This document shows positions 1-10,900 of a stretch of DNA of 32,581 nucleotides, piece by piece. A model generated the notes under the pieces. That model was not told where the DNA came from. It did not search any database and worked only from the letters and a program-made list of their open reading frames with translations. Each line of letters starts with the position of its first letter. Position 1 is the stretch's first letter. The stretch comes from Dimorphilus gyrociliatus (lineage: Eukaryota > Animalia > Annelida): assembly GCA_904063045.1 (NCBI GenBank), contig CAJFCJ010000128.1:12532-45112 (forward strand). The letters run 5' to 3'. A program made the position numbers and the translations under genes.

Positions 1-674
1 AACCATTTTCTATCCATAAAAAAATATAGCATTCCTCCATTGGTGGTAATAAACTGGAATTTGACCCACAAATACCTAGTTGTTTATCTGTATGAAATTA
101 TTGTTTTGCTGTTTAAATATTAAATATTAAAATCCAATTTTTCTTAACCTTTTCGAATAATTAACGAAGAATTTTGAGTTTTAATTAACGGAAAAGATAT
201 TTGACTATATAGATTACATTCAAAAATTTTATTTGAATCATTTATCTTTACATAAGAGACTCCAACACAGTCATATTGAGTAGTATTTAAACAGATTTGA
301 TAACATTCATTAATTGATTTAGTAGATATTTGACTGTCACTCAGACCATTTGTATTTTCCATACTTTTTAAAATGAGATTGTGACCTTTGTAAAGAAATG
401 AAAAGTAATGTTTTATGAAAAAAAGAAAGGTATTAGTCCTACTATTATCACAGAAATCTCGTCCAAATTGTAAATTACAACTGCATTTACCAAATTGACA
501 AATTTCAAATTGTAAACAATTCATATTACTCGAACAGAATTGATTTTCTATTTTTTGGGGAAAAAGGAGATAAATTCTATATAGAATGAAAAAATTCTTT
601 AACAAACTGTTTGTCACTTCTTCCAATAGAATCATTATACAAATTAAATTTCGCAGATTTTTCAAAATATTCAT
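1..674 (-). CDS. Secreted multi-exon protein: signal peptide, EGF/EB-like Cys module, PAN/apple domain, start of a C-type lectin-like domain; runs off the window start
   Basis: ATG at 674. GT-AG introns 607-548 and 442-386 keep frame. Motifs: CSSNMNCLQFEICQFGKCSCNLQFGRDFCD (EGF-like), SINECYQICLNTTQYDCVGVSY...CNLYS (PAN), and ICGSNSSLLPPMEECYIFFMDRKW near the window edge (CLECT-like start). Confidence 0.65.
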
Positions 675-939
675 AATTCCTCTGCTAATCTTCAACTCTC
701 TATTTGTTCTGTATATTGAAGAGAAAGGGAATGAAAGAGAGATTTTAGTTCAATACCAATTACATAAAAATCTGAAAAGACTAATTTAATCATTGATTTG
801 CAGTTATTTTATTGATTAACAAGGTAAAAAGAAAATTGTCAACTAAATGGCTTATCATTAAAAAATAACTTATTTATCTTGACAATACATAAGTATTTGT
901 CAATAAAAGAATGAGTTTGTCATTACGCTTAGTCTCAGT

Positions 940-1070
940 TCCCATACCATCACTCACCAACAAGTAGCTTATCCCTAGACAATTTTGGTCTGTCCTCTAA
1001 TTGTTAAGTTAGTAGGTGGCGCTGGGCCATCCAGAGAAAACCTAGACTCATCAGTAAAGATGACTTTACT
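940..1070 (-). mobile_element. Tc1-like transposase fragment (first catalytic D region), degenerate
   Basis: Minus strand reads KVIFTDESRFSLDGP (1067-1023), then after stops VMVW (953-942). These match Tc1 VIFSDESKF and GGSVMVWG motifs. Confidence 0.6.
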
Positions 1071-1339
1071 CACAATGAAATTGTTGTTTGATCCATCCAC
1101 CAACTACAGCCAACCAAATACTTTAAACCTTTGATGATAAAATATACATGTACAGCTCCTCTTTTGATCATTATTTTCAGAATAATGTTTGTAGTTACTA
1201 AAATCATTTCTATTCCATTAAAAACAACATTCAAACATCAAAAATTAACACAATCATAATTGATAGTTGAAATAAAAAGGTTCGCTAAAATTCTAGGCCT
1301 AATCTACTTGTATACAGAAATTACAAACCATTCTTATTA

Positions 1340-1746
1340 GTGCTTTTCTTTTGTTTTGACATTTAATATTCTAGAATTTCAAATAGATACAATGGTCTTA
1401 CAATGTATAGTTGTTTGCAAAAACCTGGTAAATCTACTGAAATTTTATCAATATTCTCTTATTTTCCTATATTTTTCTGCCGTTTCTGAATTTAAGATTA
1501 AAAAGGAAAAGAAATATTCCAGATCAACAAATTTTTATCAAGAATGTTAGAACTGCAACAATGCTGTTTGGCGTTACAACAATCTATCTACTCAGTTGGT
1601 TTCCACCTTCATTGCAATTTTTTCATATTTCATTAATAATTCAACAAATCGTTTTGTTTATAACTATATTTCAAAAATCGTTTCGAAGTAATTTTTTCCA
1701 TAAATCTCTATTATCGTCCACTCATGTAAAATCAACTCAACAGTAA
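1340..1746 (+). pseudogene. Possible degenerate rhodopsin-class GPCR C-terminal half (TM5-TM7)
   Basis: RTATMLFGVTTIYLLSWFP resembles TM6 (CWxP-like), followed by a hydrophobic segment and FQKSFR (helix-8-like). The upstream hydrophobic stretch is in another frame. Confidence 0.35.
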
Positions 1747-2185
1747 ATTTATAATTTGTCATAGATTTTAAAATTACAATTAAACAGTCTGAATAAAATT
1801 ATAACATTACATTTTCATTGTTTTAACTTTGTTCGAAGACAAAACTTACTTGCAAGTATCAGACTCAAATCCACATAAAAGTTTAACTTTTTGCATTGTT
1901 GATTCCACACTTGAAACAGTTGCCTTAATTCTGGAGCCGGAAGGTGCAAGGAAAAATTTACATAAACACAATGATTATATTTTTCCAACGAATTCTAATT
2001 TCATTTCAGTACAAAGACTACAAGAGTATAGATCAAAAGTATTTTCCAATTGAACAGGAGAATGAACAGTGTTTAGAAATTGATGCATTTTTGTCTGAGG
2101 ATTCAATATTAGGCGTAAAATTACCTTGCAACATAAAGTTATGGGGCCGACTGTTTTCAGTTGTATCCTAAAGTTATTACCTATA

Positions 2186-3388
2186 CAGTACCGGCGGTAA
2201 GTCACTGTTACACCTCAAAAAAATAATATTTTCTTGATTTTTTCTCTTTCCATACTTAGAGAATGAAAATGAAGGATATTATTATATTTAGTAATATTCT
2301 TTTTATCATTATAGAGAGAAAATATACATTTTTAATTTCAAATCTCTGAATTATTGATATTTTAATGTGGTAGGCCTATTTTCAATGGGAGCATAAGTAC
2401 TTGTTACAATCACAAAAATTACTCTAAAAGAATATTAAAAGTATTTTTTTGTTCTTATTTTGACTGTTATTTACAGGATATTATATTTTTTAATGCCTTA
2501 ATATTTTGTGTGCATACCCTTAGCTTCTACAACTGCCCTAAGCCTTCTTTCAATTGTCTCATATAAGAATTGAATTTCCAATTCTGAAATTTTTAAAAAT
2601 TCCTCTCTGAACATCTCCAACAGCTCATCCTTGTTTCTTGGCTTACATGCCATTAAACGTTTTTTGCATATGCCCCATATTTGCTCAATTATGTTCAGGT
2701 CTGGGCTGTTTGCTGGCCATGGATCCAGTGTTTCTACTCCCTTTCTCTCGAGGTACACTTTTGTTCTGGCTGCTGTATGACAGCTAGCCCCATCCTGCTG
2801 GAAAATTTCCCCTCTCCTATAATTTGGGACAACATGACTGCTCAAAATTTTGACATAATCCAAAGCTGTCATGCGATTAGACACTAAAGCTAGGCCCCTA
2901 TCTCCTGTAAATTTGATATAGCCAAACACCATGATATTCCCTCCCCTAAATTTTACTGTTTTTGTGGTATATTTGGGGTCATTCCATTTACCTGGTGGCC
3001 TCCTAACAAACTTCCTCCTGGGATGCAGCTCATTTTTAGCTCTTTAAATTTATTTTTTATATTTTGTACAGTAGTTGGACTACATTTAAAAAGCTTTGCC
3101 ACTTTTTGAATGGACATTTCTGGTCTATGAAGACAATTTAAGATAGAAATTCTTGTTCCTTCAGATAGCTTCACCATTTTTATTTTAAATTTGTCAACTG
3201 TTAGATTACACATGCACACACACATAAATGACCATAAAATCTGGTTAAAAGTAACACTACTCAATGATCAGGGTAAATTTTTTGAACATAACTGATGCTT
3301 GTGCTTTTCCATAAATAGGCCTATCACATTAAAGTGATCATATTTCTGAGATTTTAAATTAAAAACATATATTTTCTTTCTATAATGG
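2186..3388 (-). mobile_element. Internally deleted Tc1-like DNA transposon with long inverted repeats; right end truncated
   Basis: TA|CAGTACCGGCGG terminus at 2184-2197. About 2305-2420 is the inverted counterpart of about 3270-3388. Transposase remnants lie between them. Confidence 0.8.
2498..3177 (-). pseudogene. Tc1-like transposase (HTH plus DDE) with central deletion and frameshift; D35E spacing
   Basis: N-terminal HTH MVKLSEGTRISIL...SIQKVAKLFKCSPTTVQNIKNKF is joined out of frame to RKFVRRPPGKWNDPKYTTKTVKFRGGNIMVFG...FQQDGASCH...WPANSPDLNIIEQIW. The second HTH and the first catalytic D are missing. Confidence 0.88.
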
Positions 3389-3397
3389 GAAAAAAAA

Positions 3398-3604
3398 GGG
3401 ACAGGTCGAAAACGGCCATAAATGAAATATTTGAAAGTTAGATTTCAGCCTGGGAAATGGTTAGGAGGAATAAGATAACTGTTGATATGTTCTTAGGAGG
3501 GTCCCATCTAAGGGTTAGGGCTATTCAAAAAGGTTAGGCAAAAACAAGGGCTGGGTTAGGGTTAGGGTAAAACCATACATTTATGGCCGTTTTCTACCAC
3601 ATCC
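3398..3604 (+). mobile_element. Telomere-motif MITE, full copy 1
   Basis: Perfect 17-bp inverted repeat gaaaacggccataaatg/catttatggccgttttc. Internal GGGCTGGGTTAGGGTTAGGG at 3548-3567. Flanking 9-bp direct repeat gaaaaaaaa (3389-3397, 3605-3613). Confidence 0.8.
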
Positions 3605-3871
3605 GAAAAAAAAATCATATTATTTTCTCATATTGCTTTCTTGTTTTTCGAAATATAAATACTTAAAAAAGAGTTAAATGAAAGGAGAAAAGTAATACTT
3701 CTCTTATTTCTTCTAGAATGCATACTCAAATTTCTCTTGATTACTGCAATTACCATTTTTGATATTTAAGAAGTGACAATCACATATTTTCCAGTCTTTT
3801 GATGTTTGTTCTTTTTTTTCTTGTACAAGTTTTATAAAAGTAAACTGAAAGAAGAAGAAAATCAGTCAGCA

Positions 3872-4843
3872 ATGAATGAAACTTTTAAAATATCATATAA
3901 AAAATCTGTAGAATTGGGAAATACATTTTTCAAAATAAAAGATAATTCAATGTTTATTTTAATCTCATCGATTTACGGTTTGATTATGGCATTTGGAATA
4001 TTTGGAAATGTTACAATAATTATTATATTTTCCAGAGGAAAACTCTATAAACATACTCAATACGGCTTTTTTCTTCGTTTCATCGCTTATATCGATCTAT
4101 TTTCTTGTTCAATCTCATTTCCGCTAACTTATCATAGAGACATTCAAAATCGTTTTTTGCCTATAACCAATCCGTTTCTTTGCAGTTTTACAATAGTTTT
4201 GCAGGGTATTTTTCCCTGGACATCAATAAGTATGCTGCTATTGATTACGATAGAAAGATTCTTAGTCATTGTGAAACCATATACAAAGATCAGTAAAACA
4301 AAATGGAGAATAGTCAATTTAATTTATGTTTTGTCTGTAATTCTGTCAACATGTCTTTACTCGGTTGAAAATGATTGTTCAATGGGAAAGTATTTATGCT
4401 ACTCATCTGGATCAACGTCTATATATGGAGCTATTGTTTTAAATATAGCATTAACTGTGATTGTTGGTATTCCGATCGTTTCAACTTGTCTCTATATAAT
4501 AATGTTTTATCAACTTAGAAGACAAAAATCTTTGATTGGATTTAATTCTACAACTCAAAATGAAGAGATTAGTATAAAAATACAGAAAAATAGGAGAAGG
4601 ACAATTAAACAAATGCTTCTTTGCTTCTATCTTGTAATGTTTTACATAATCTTTACAATTCCATTAGTTTTATCGGCTTCACGAGTGTTCAAGTCTAGAG
4701 AATCAGTATTCTATCATATTATCTTCTTAAATAATATGATCAATTTCATCATTTATTTTTCAAGATTAAAGACATTTAGATTATCTTTTAAAGCACTTTT
4801 CAGTAATTCATCACTAGCAAAGATTAATATATCTACTCAGTAA
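3872..4843 (+). CDS. Intronless rhodopsin-family (class A) orphan GPCR, 323 aa
   Basis: ATG at 3872 (MNET, N-glycosylation site). Seven hydrophobic segments with TM1 FGIFGN, TM2 IAYID, TM3 C...LLITIERFLVIVKP, TM5 Y, TM6 FYIIFTIP and TM7 NNMINFIIY. Confidence 0.88.
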   Translation: MNETFKISYKKSVELGNTFFKIKDNSMFILISSIYGLIMAFGIFGNVTIIIIFSRGKLYKHTQYGFFLRFIAYIDLFSCSISFPLTYHRDIQNRFLPITNPFLCSFTIVLQGIFPWTSISMLLLITIERFLVIVKPYTKISKTKWRIVNLIYVLSVILSTCLYSVENDCSMGKYLCYSSGSTSIYGAIVLNIALTVIVGIPIVSTCLYIIMFYQLRRQKSLIGFNSTTQNEEISIKIQKNRRRTIKQMLLCFYLVMFYIIFTIPLVLSASRVFKSRESVFYHIIFLNNMINFIIYFSRLKTFRLSFKALFSNSSLAKINISTQ

Positions 4844-5153
4844 GAAAAGTGAAGAAATTGGAAAAGTATCAATGAGAAGCAAAAACCATATTGTGAATTT
4901 TTTGTTGAACAAAACTCACAGTGAAACTATAATTCAAAATGTTTGTAATGTAATTGTATAGAAATAATGTTGAAAAAGCATGATTAACAATAACTAACTA
5001 GCAGCCATTTTATAATAAATATATTCTATTTCAGTCAAAGATGTATGACTAAGGCTCATATTGTTTTTGGACAGGTTGACCGGACGAAACGAGGTAAGAT
5101 CAAGCCACGACAAAATACATGAGCAAAGTCATACACCCATAAACAGACAAAAC

Positions 5154-5251
5154 AGATACGACAGAAAAATTACCCTAACCCTAACCTAGTCCTCTTCAAT
5201 TCAAAGTTATGCCTTCGAATATCTCAGTTGGGGACGTTTTCTGTAGACGTC
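5154..5251 (-). mobile_element. Telomere-motif MITE, internally deleted copy
   Basis: gacagaaaa...ttaccctaaccctaacc...ttggggacgttttctgt: both family TIRs plus the CCCTAA block. Confidence 0.65.
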
Positions 5252-5496
5252 TGGTATTTTAAATGACTAACCCTAGAACATGATAAATCATAGGTTTTTT
5301 CCCATGTGTAGTGGTGCTACTTTTTGAGCAGTTTCAAAAAACAATATTAACTTAGTTTATTCAAAACTAGGTTATCTATAAATATAGCAACAACAAAATA
5401 AATGATAAGGTTCGATGATGATAGATTATTCTTAATATCAATATTTCCTATAGTTGAATAGCAGTGACAAAAATCTCATAAAAGATGAGTAATTTT

Positions 5497-5895
5497 TCAC
5501 ATATGTGCAAGAACTTGAAGGCAACAGGCACACTGAAAATTGGTAGAGAAGAATATTAATACATTTGATCTATAAGAAAATTTAAAATACTAACACAGAC
5601 AATTGGAGTATACACTATACATTTAGCTAATTTTGTAGGTAGACACTTTAGGCAACAGGGTATTGGCTGAAAGATAGAATTAATGAATTATAACATTCTT
5701 TTTTATTCAATCAATCAATTAGTCATGTTCACTTTGGAAAGATACTACTCTACTACAAACATAAATCAAATTGCTTACCAGATCATCAACATCTTTTTCG
5801 TTGTTTTCTTCTGTTTCTCCTTTAAAGGAAATCTTTTCCTTGGGATCCCCCTCTATTGTAATTCCTTCCAAATTTCGAGCTGATTTATCCTCCAT
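5497..5895 (-). CDS. 74-aa protein: acidic N-terminus and Cys-rich hydrophobic C-terminus (CYSTM-like; probably palmitoylated or tail-anchored)
   Basis: Exons 5895-5779, 5666-5595 and 5532-5497 are all phase 0, with ctg|GTAAGC...tttcAG and tgt|GTTAGT...ttttcAG. Product: MEDKSARNLEGITIEGDPKEKISFKGETEENNEKDVDDL-PIPCCLKCLPTKLAKCIVYTPIVC-CACCLQVLAHM*. Confidence 0.7.
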
Positions 5896-6254
5896 CTCTA
5901 CAGATTTTGATTTCTTCGGCAACAGAATGGATATTTATTGTATTTTTCTTATCTTAAATAGGCCTATTTATCACGCGATAGAACATTTTACAATGCGTAT
6001 AAATACTATTTTTATATCAAACTTCCGATAAGTTTTTGCTATTGTTGCTGTTAAAATTACTAAAATAAGCGGGAAATGAAAAAAACTATTAATCATTAAC
6101 ATTATAGTTTCTCAACAAGATATGCTGAGTATAAAACTGAAATTTTATTAATGAAACAATGACTAAATTTGTCCCAGTAGGACAAAGTTTAAGGGAAGGT
6201 TAAGGGCATTTTCTAGGGTGTGGAAAATTTTAATTTTATTTTTTTCAGGCCTTG

Positions 6255-6345
6255 TAGGGCTGGACTGAGGGTCAGAAAGCACAGAATGGAAATGGGTTGG
6301 AGTTAGGGTAAAACCCCAATAAATGGAACATTTTCTCCCATACCC
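6255..6345 (+). mobile_element. Telomere-motif MITE, diverged 3' fragment
   Basis: gggttggagttagggtaaaacccc...ggaacattttctcccataccc matches the family's right end. Confidence 0.5.
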
Positions 6346-6589
6346 ATAATGGGAGAATAGATTGCAAGGTTGATGAAAGCGACATAAAGATACCTTTAAT
6401 CATATGTTGTTTGAGATTTTTTTGGTCACGTGTCCTAGGTCTTCATTTTCTTTTACTAAATCTGACTTATTTACTTATTCAGTTAGTTTACTGTTAGAAT
6501 ATGGACATTTCATATATGAACCTTTTAGGTATATAAAAGCTTAAGAGAGTATATTAATCATTGAATATTATTCATGTTCCAAATCAATT

Positions 6590-7070
6590 TTTTGAATAGT
6601 AAATCAGAATCCAGATTGATAAAAGAGAATAAGTGTTGAAGAACATGTATACTTTGATATAGAACCTCTATATTTAATTACCATTTTATCGCCCTTTTTA
6701 CAATTCTATATTATTACTTTTTGTTAAATATTCAGCATTTGGATGTTCATTAGATATTGTAGTTGATTTGTTAGTCGCTCTCCATTAACTTCAATATATG
6801 AATTGAAACTACTCTCAATCATTTTATAGATATTGTCATGTCAATGTAATATGTTCCTCCAATTGGAGCTTCAAATTTACTGTAGAAATGATTCTATGCT
6901 CCGTATGTATTGTCTATTATTTTAGTAATGAACTCCATATTTTGGAATGAATCTAGGGACATAACTCTTTGGAATCCATTGATAAATACATGTACGGTCT
7001 GCTTGGATAGAGTGAAAATGCTGTAAAATAGGTTCCAAGACCTGAATCTGAAAATAGACCATCAGTTGGT
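6590..7070 (-). pseudogene. C1q globular-domain gene remnant
   Basis: IIDNTYGA*NHFYSKFEAPIGGTYYIDMTISI...YIEVNGE and later KKGDKMVI fit the gC1q consensus. In-frame TAG at 6896-6894, plus frameshifts. Confidence 0.55.
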
Positions 7071-7299
7071 CTACTATTTATTAATGATACTCCGCTTCAT
7101 CTAGTCAGACTTGTACTAACATCTGTATCTTAAGATTTCTGTATCACTCTGACTATTCGGACCCTTCTCCATTATTTCTTGTACTACTTTTTAGAATAAA
7201 AAGTGACAAACAGAAGTAATTCTTCATAAATAGATTTTTTATTTTAAAAACAGTTTTGCCAAATGTATATTTACACATAAAAAATAAAATGAGGATCTA

Positions 7300-7925
7300 T
7301 TACGCAATAATTTTAAAGAGAGATTTTGAGTTTGGCTCTCTGTCTTTTAAAGCAGCAACAATTAATGATGATTTTTGCAGCATTTTCCTTAATACTTGAC
7401 CATATGATAAAATATCTTCCTTATCAAGATTTCTGTCAAGACTACAAATATCTTTTATTAACAAGACACACCTTTTCTCTCCTCTTTTCAATTCCTTTCC
7501 CAGAAAAGCAAAACGTATTAATTTTGAAGGTAAATTTAAAAAAATAGATATAAAATTACCTGAATTAGTATTGTATTGAATGATATTTTCGTATTGCATG
7601 AATAATTGTATGTATGACAAAATAAAAGTGCTTTTATAACAGATTTTGCCATGACAAATATATTTTCAACAGTAAATAGAAAAGGGGAAGACTTGTAAAT
7701 TTCTAGAGGATGCAGTCTTTCATCGAACGATAGAAAATGACTGTTTATTCCTCTCATGAATTTGCAACCTGTATTATTAAATATTAACTAATAATGAATG
7801 AAATAATAGGGGAACAAAGACAAAACATTTCCAAAGAACTTTAGGCAAGTTTTGTCAAATGTTCCATAAGAATATCTTTACTAGAATTAAAATGTTGTTG
7901 CTTTAATAATGTAAATTGTTTCTGT
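7300..7925 (-). CDS. Degenerate protein-kinase-like (pseudokinase) exons; probable C-terminal extension of the upstream 7TM receptor
   Basis: Exons 7925-7882, 7768-7560 and 7494-7300 join in frame. IFVMAKSVIKALLFCH (alphaE-like), TKISFNTILI (catalytic-loop position, no HRD) and KEDILSYGQVLRKML (subdomain IX-like). Confidence 0.5.
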
Positions 7926-7955
7926 CTGAAAAGAAAGAATGAGTTGACTGTTATT

Positions 7956-10900
7956 TCATAGAAATACAAACATTAAGTCTTTCTTCTTTTTTCTATAGTC
8001 AGAGTAATAAACTTTAATATCATTTAAAGTGTAAAGTAGAGGATTAATGAGTGAATTCATTGGCAGTATAATAATAACTATTGCAGTATATAATTCTTTT
8101 GATACAATTAGCTTAAAGAAAACTGAATATATTCCTAAAAGTGAAATTGGTAGCCAACACGAAATATTTGTTATAACAACTAGAAATGCCCTGATTTTAA
8201 CCTTCTTTTGTAGTTTTTCATACAAAGACTTTTCAACGACATTCCTAGACTCAAGAGTTCTTTTCCATATTTTGATATATAAACTACAAATCACTATGCA
8301 CACCAATCCAATAAAACAACCAAAGAGTAGAAATGAATAGAACCATCCTTCTTTCTTTTCACTGGAGATATGTAATGTGAAACATACTGAACTCTTAGAG
8401 TAATAATTCTAATAATAAGATTATATATGAGATATTTAAACAGTATTTGAAAGCATTTATTCTCATACATTATATACCAAAAGTGGAACAATGGAAAATA
8501 TAAGAGAGCATAGATTTATAAAAATGATGCAACACCATTTGAATAATGATTCAAAAATTGTTATCATAGGAAAAATAATTACTTGAAATCTTTCAATCGT
8601 TATAAACAATAAACTCAAAATAGATAGTTGAATTGAAAAACTACAAAATATTCCAATGATTGAACAATTTAAACTATTTCTCCAATTGAAATCATTCTCT
8701 ACATATTCTCCTCTAAACATGAAGTCTGCTATTCCAATGGATATGAAATAGACAGAAGTATTAAAATCTGCAAACACTAAACTTATTAGGAAAAAATTCT
8801 TTCTCTTTTTTGAGATGATGAGCTTAAATATTAATGAAAGGCTATTTTCAATGAAAGATGTCACACTAATTAACCATAAAATTGAAAGTAGGAATTTAGA
8901 TTCCAATAAATCAGCACAAGAGTTGAATAGTGATTTTCTTGGTTCACAGTGTTTAATTTCACTTGAATATTTCTGTGCAAAACAACACAATTCAAAATAT
9001 TCGTTTGTCACATATTCCAATTTTTTCAAATATAGAACTAAATATTTGCCATTTATCATGTTAATTGATGATTTCCTTAAAATTAGAGTCTTTAATGATA
9101 TTATCTGAGAAAAAGAGTCTTTACTAATTTCTTTTATATAACAACCACTTAAATCCAAATGTTGAAGGTTGCTACAATCTTTAAAAAGGTTAAATGTCAA
9201 TTTGGTTAAATTTGTTTTGGATAGAAAAAGTTTTCTTAAATTTGGAAATATATTAAATGAAAAATTTCCAAAAACAATATCATTTTCACTTAGATTAAAA
9301 ATTTGAAGATTTTTTAAAGAAATTCCATAAAGATTATTTAAAAATATTAATTTATTATTTTGAATATTGCAAAATATTAAATTAGGAAATATTTCTGATA
9401 TTTCAATGAAATTTACATTGCTCATAGTTATGGTGAAATAAGTCACTGTAAACAACTGATTTTTTAGAATATTTCGCAAATTGACTTTTAAATTAAAAAA
9501 TTTAATATCCTTCCAAAAAAATTGTTGACTATTGTTAAATCTCCAGTTTATGGTCAATTGTTGAAAATTGCAGTTTATAGAGTAGAATGAATTACAAGTG
9601 CAATTTGTTGGGCAATGGATAGAACTATTGCAGAACAATTCATCACTTCCCTGCAGACAGTCGACAATTCCATTGCAAACATCGGATAATAGAATGTAAA
9701 AATTTTCATTTCTACACTTGAAATATCCTTTTGGTTTAAAGTTTTCTGATTTCGATTGCGACGTGTGTTCAAGTAAATAGACAATTGAAATTATATTTTT
9801 TTTTAACAACATACCACAATCAACTTCATCGTCGTGTTCAGGGCAATGAACAATTCCATCGCAAACTTGTTTAATTGATATACAATAAGTGTTTGTCTTA
9901 CACAGAAATTCACCAGGATTACATATATTTTGCTTACAATCTTCCAATTGAAGGTAAGGATAATGAATTTTAGTGATTAGATTACCCATAGAATCATATG
10001 TCACGTGACAAGTTTGATTAAAAGTTTTCAAGTTGTTATAAATAGCATTACAAACGTGCGCTAAATCTTTTGTTGGATATTTTATAATACAAGATTCAAC
10101 TACTTCATCCGTAGAATCAATACAATCTTTTTGAAAATCGCATATTTTCTCTGTAGAAATGCATTTTTCATCGCAGAAAAATAATTCTTGACTATCACTA
10201 CAAACTTTAAGAGAGACAAAATGATTTGTTTTTTCTCTAATCATTTAAGATACTACTATTCAAATTTTCTTGTAAGGAGTTTGTGCATATTTCATCAGTT
10301 GCATCATAACAATTAATTTCACTGTTACACATTTGTTTGTCATCAATGCATTGTCTATTCGTACAGCTTTTATAAAATTTCAACAGTTGTTTGGTTATTA
10401 CAAGAAGATAGGAATGATGAGTCTCTGTACTTACCGTCTTCTATTTAAAGAACAATGATCCCATTCTACAAAAATTTCACGTATATTTCATATATTTTTC
10501 ATTGGTTGATCATATTACCACAGTTTTTCTCATCTTCTTCATTCAGACAATCCGGAATGTAATTACAAACGTGCTTATAGTTAATTATAGAATTGTTATT
10601 ACAATAAAAATCTTCATAATAAGGGCAATTTTCTTCATCTTCTCCCGAAAAACAATCATTTTCTCCATCACATAAATATATGATATTAATAAATATTCCA
10701 TCATCAGAGCAGAAGTATATGTTTTTGAGTGATGTATCTTGTTGTTGAAAAATTTCAATTGTTAATTGTTTGCTTACTGAATTTTCAATATATTTTTCAT
10801 GTTTTCCATCAGAAACTAAAATAATATGATGAATTATTTTGTTGATACATTTAGATTTAGTATTTTAGTTTACTTGGGAAATTAATACATGGTATTGTTG

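Noticed and set aside
1829-2171. Short ORFs and a possible two-exon fragment at 1.8-2.2 kb
   Set aside because: No recognisable domain or start context; cannot be supported as a gene.
3548-3567. TTAGGG runs as a real telomere, interstitial telomere or CRISPR-like array
   Set aside because: Only 2-3 units, always embedded in the same TIR-bounded element; no repeat-spacer structure. No CRISPR, rRNA or tRNA was recognised anywhere in the window.
5683-6031. Plus-strand ORFs 5683-5883 and 5771-6031
   Set aside because: Antisense shadows of the spliced Cys-rich gene; no motifs.
8047-9108. Plus-strand ORFs 8047-8340 and 8815-9108
   Set aside because: Antisense to the GPCR TM and hinge exons.
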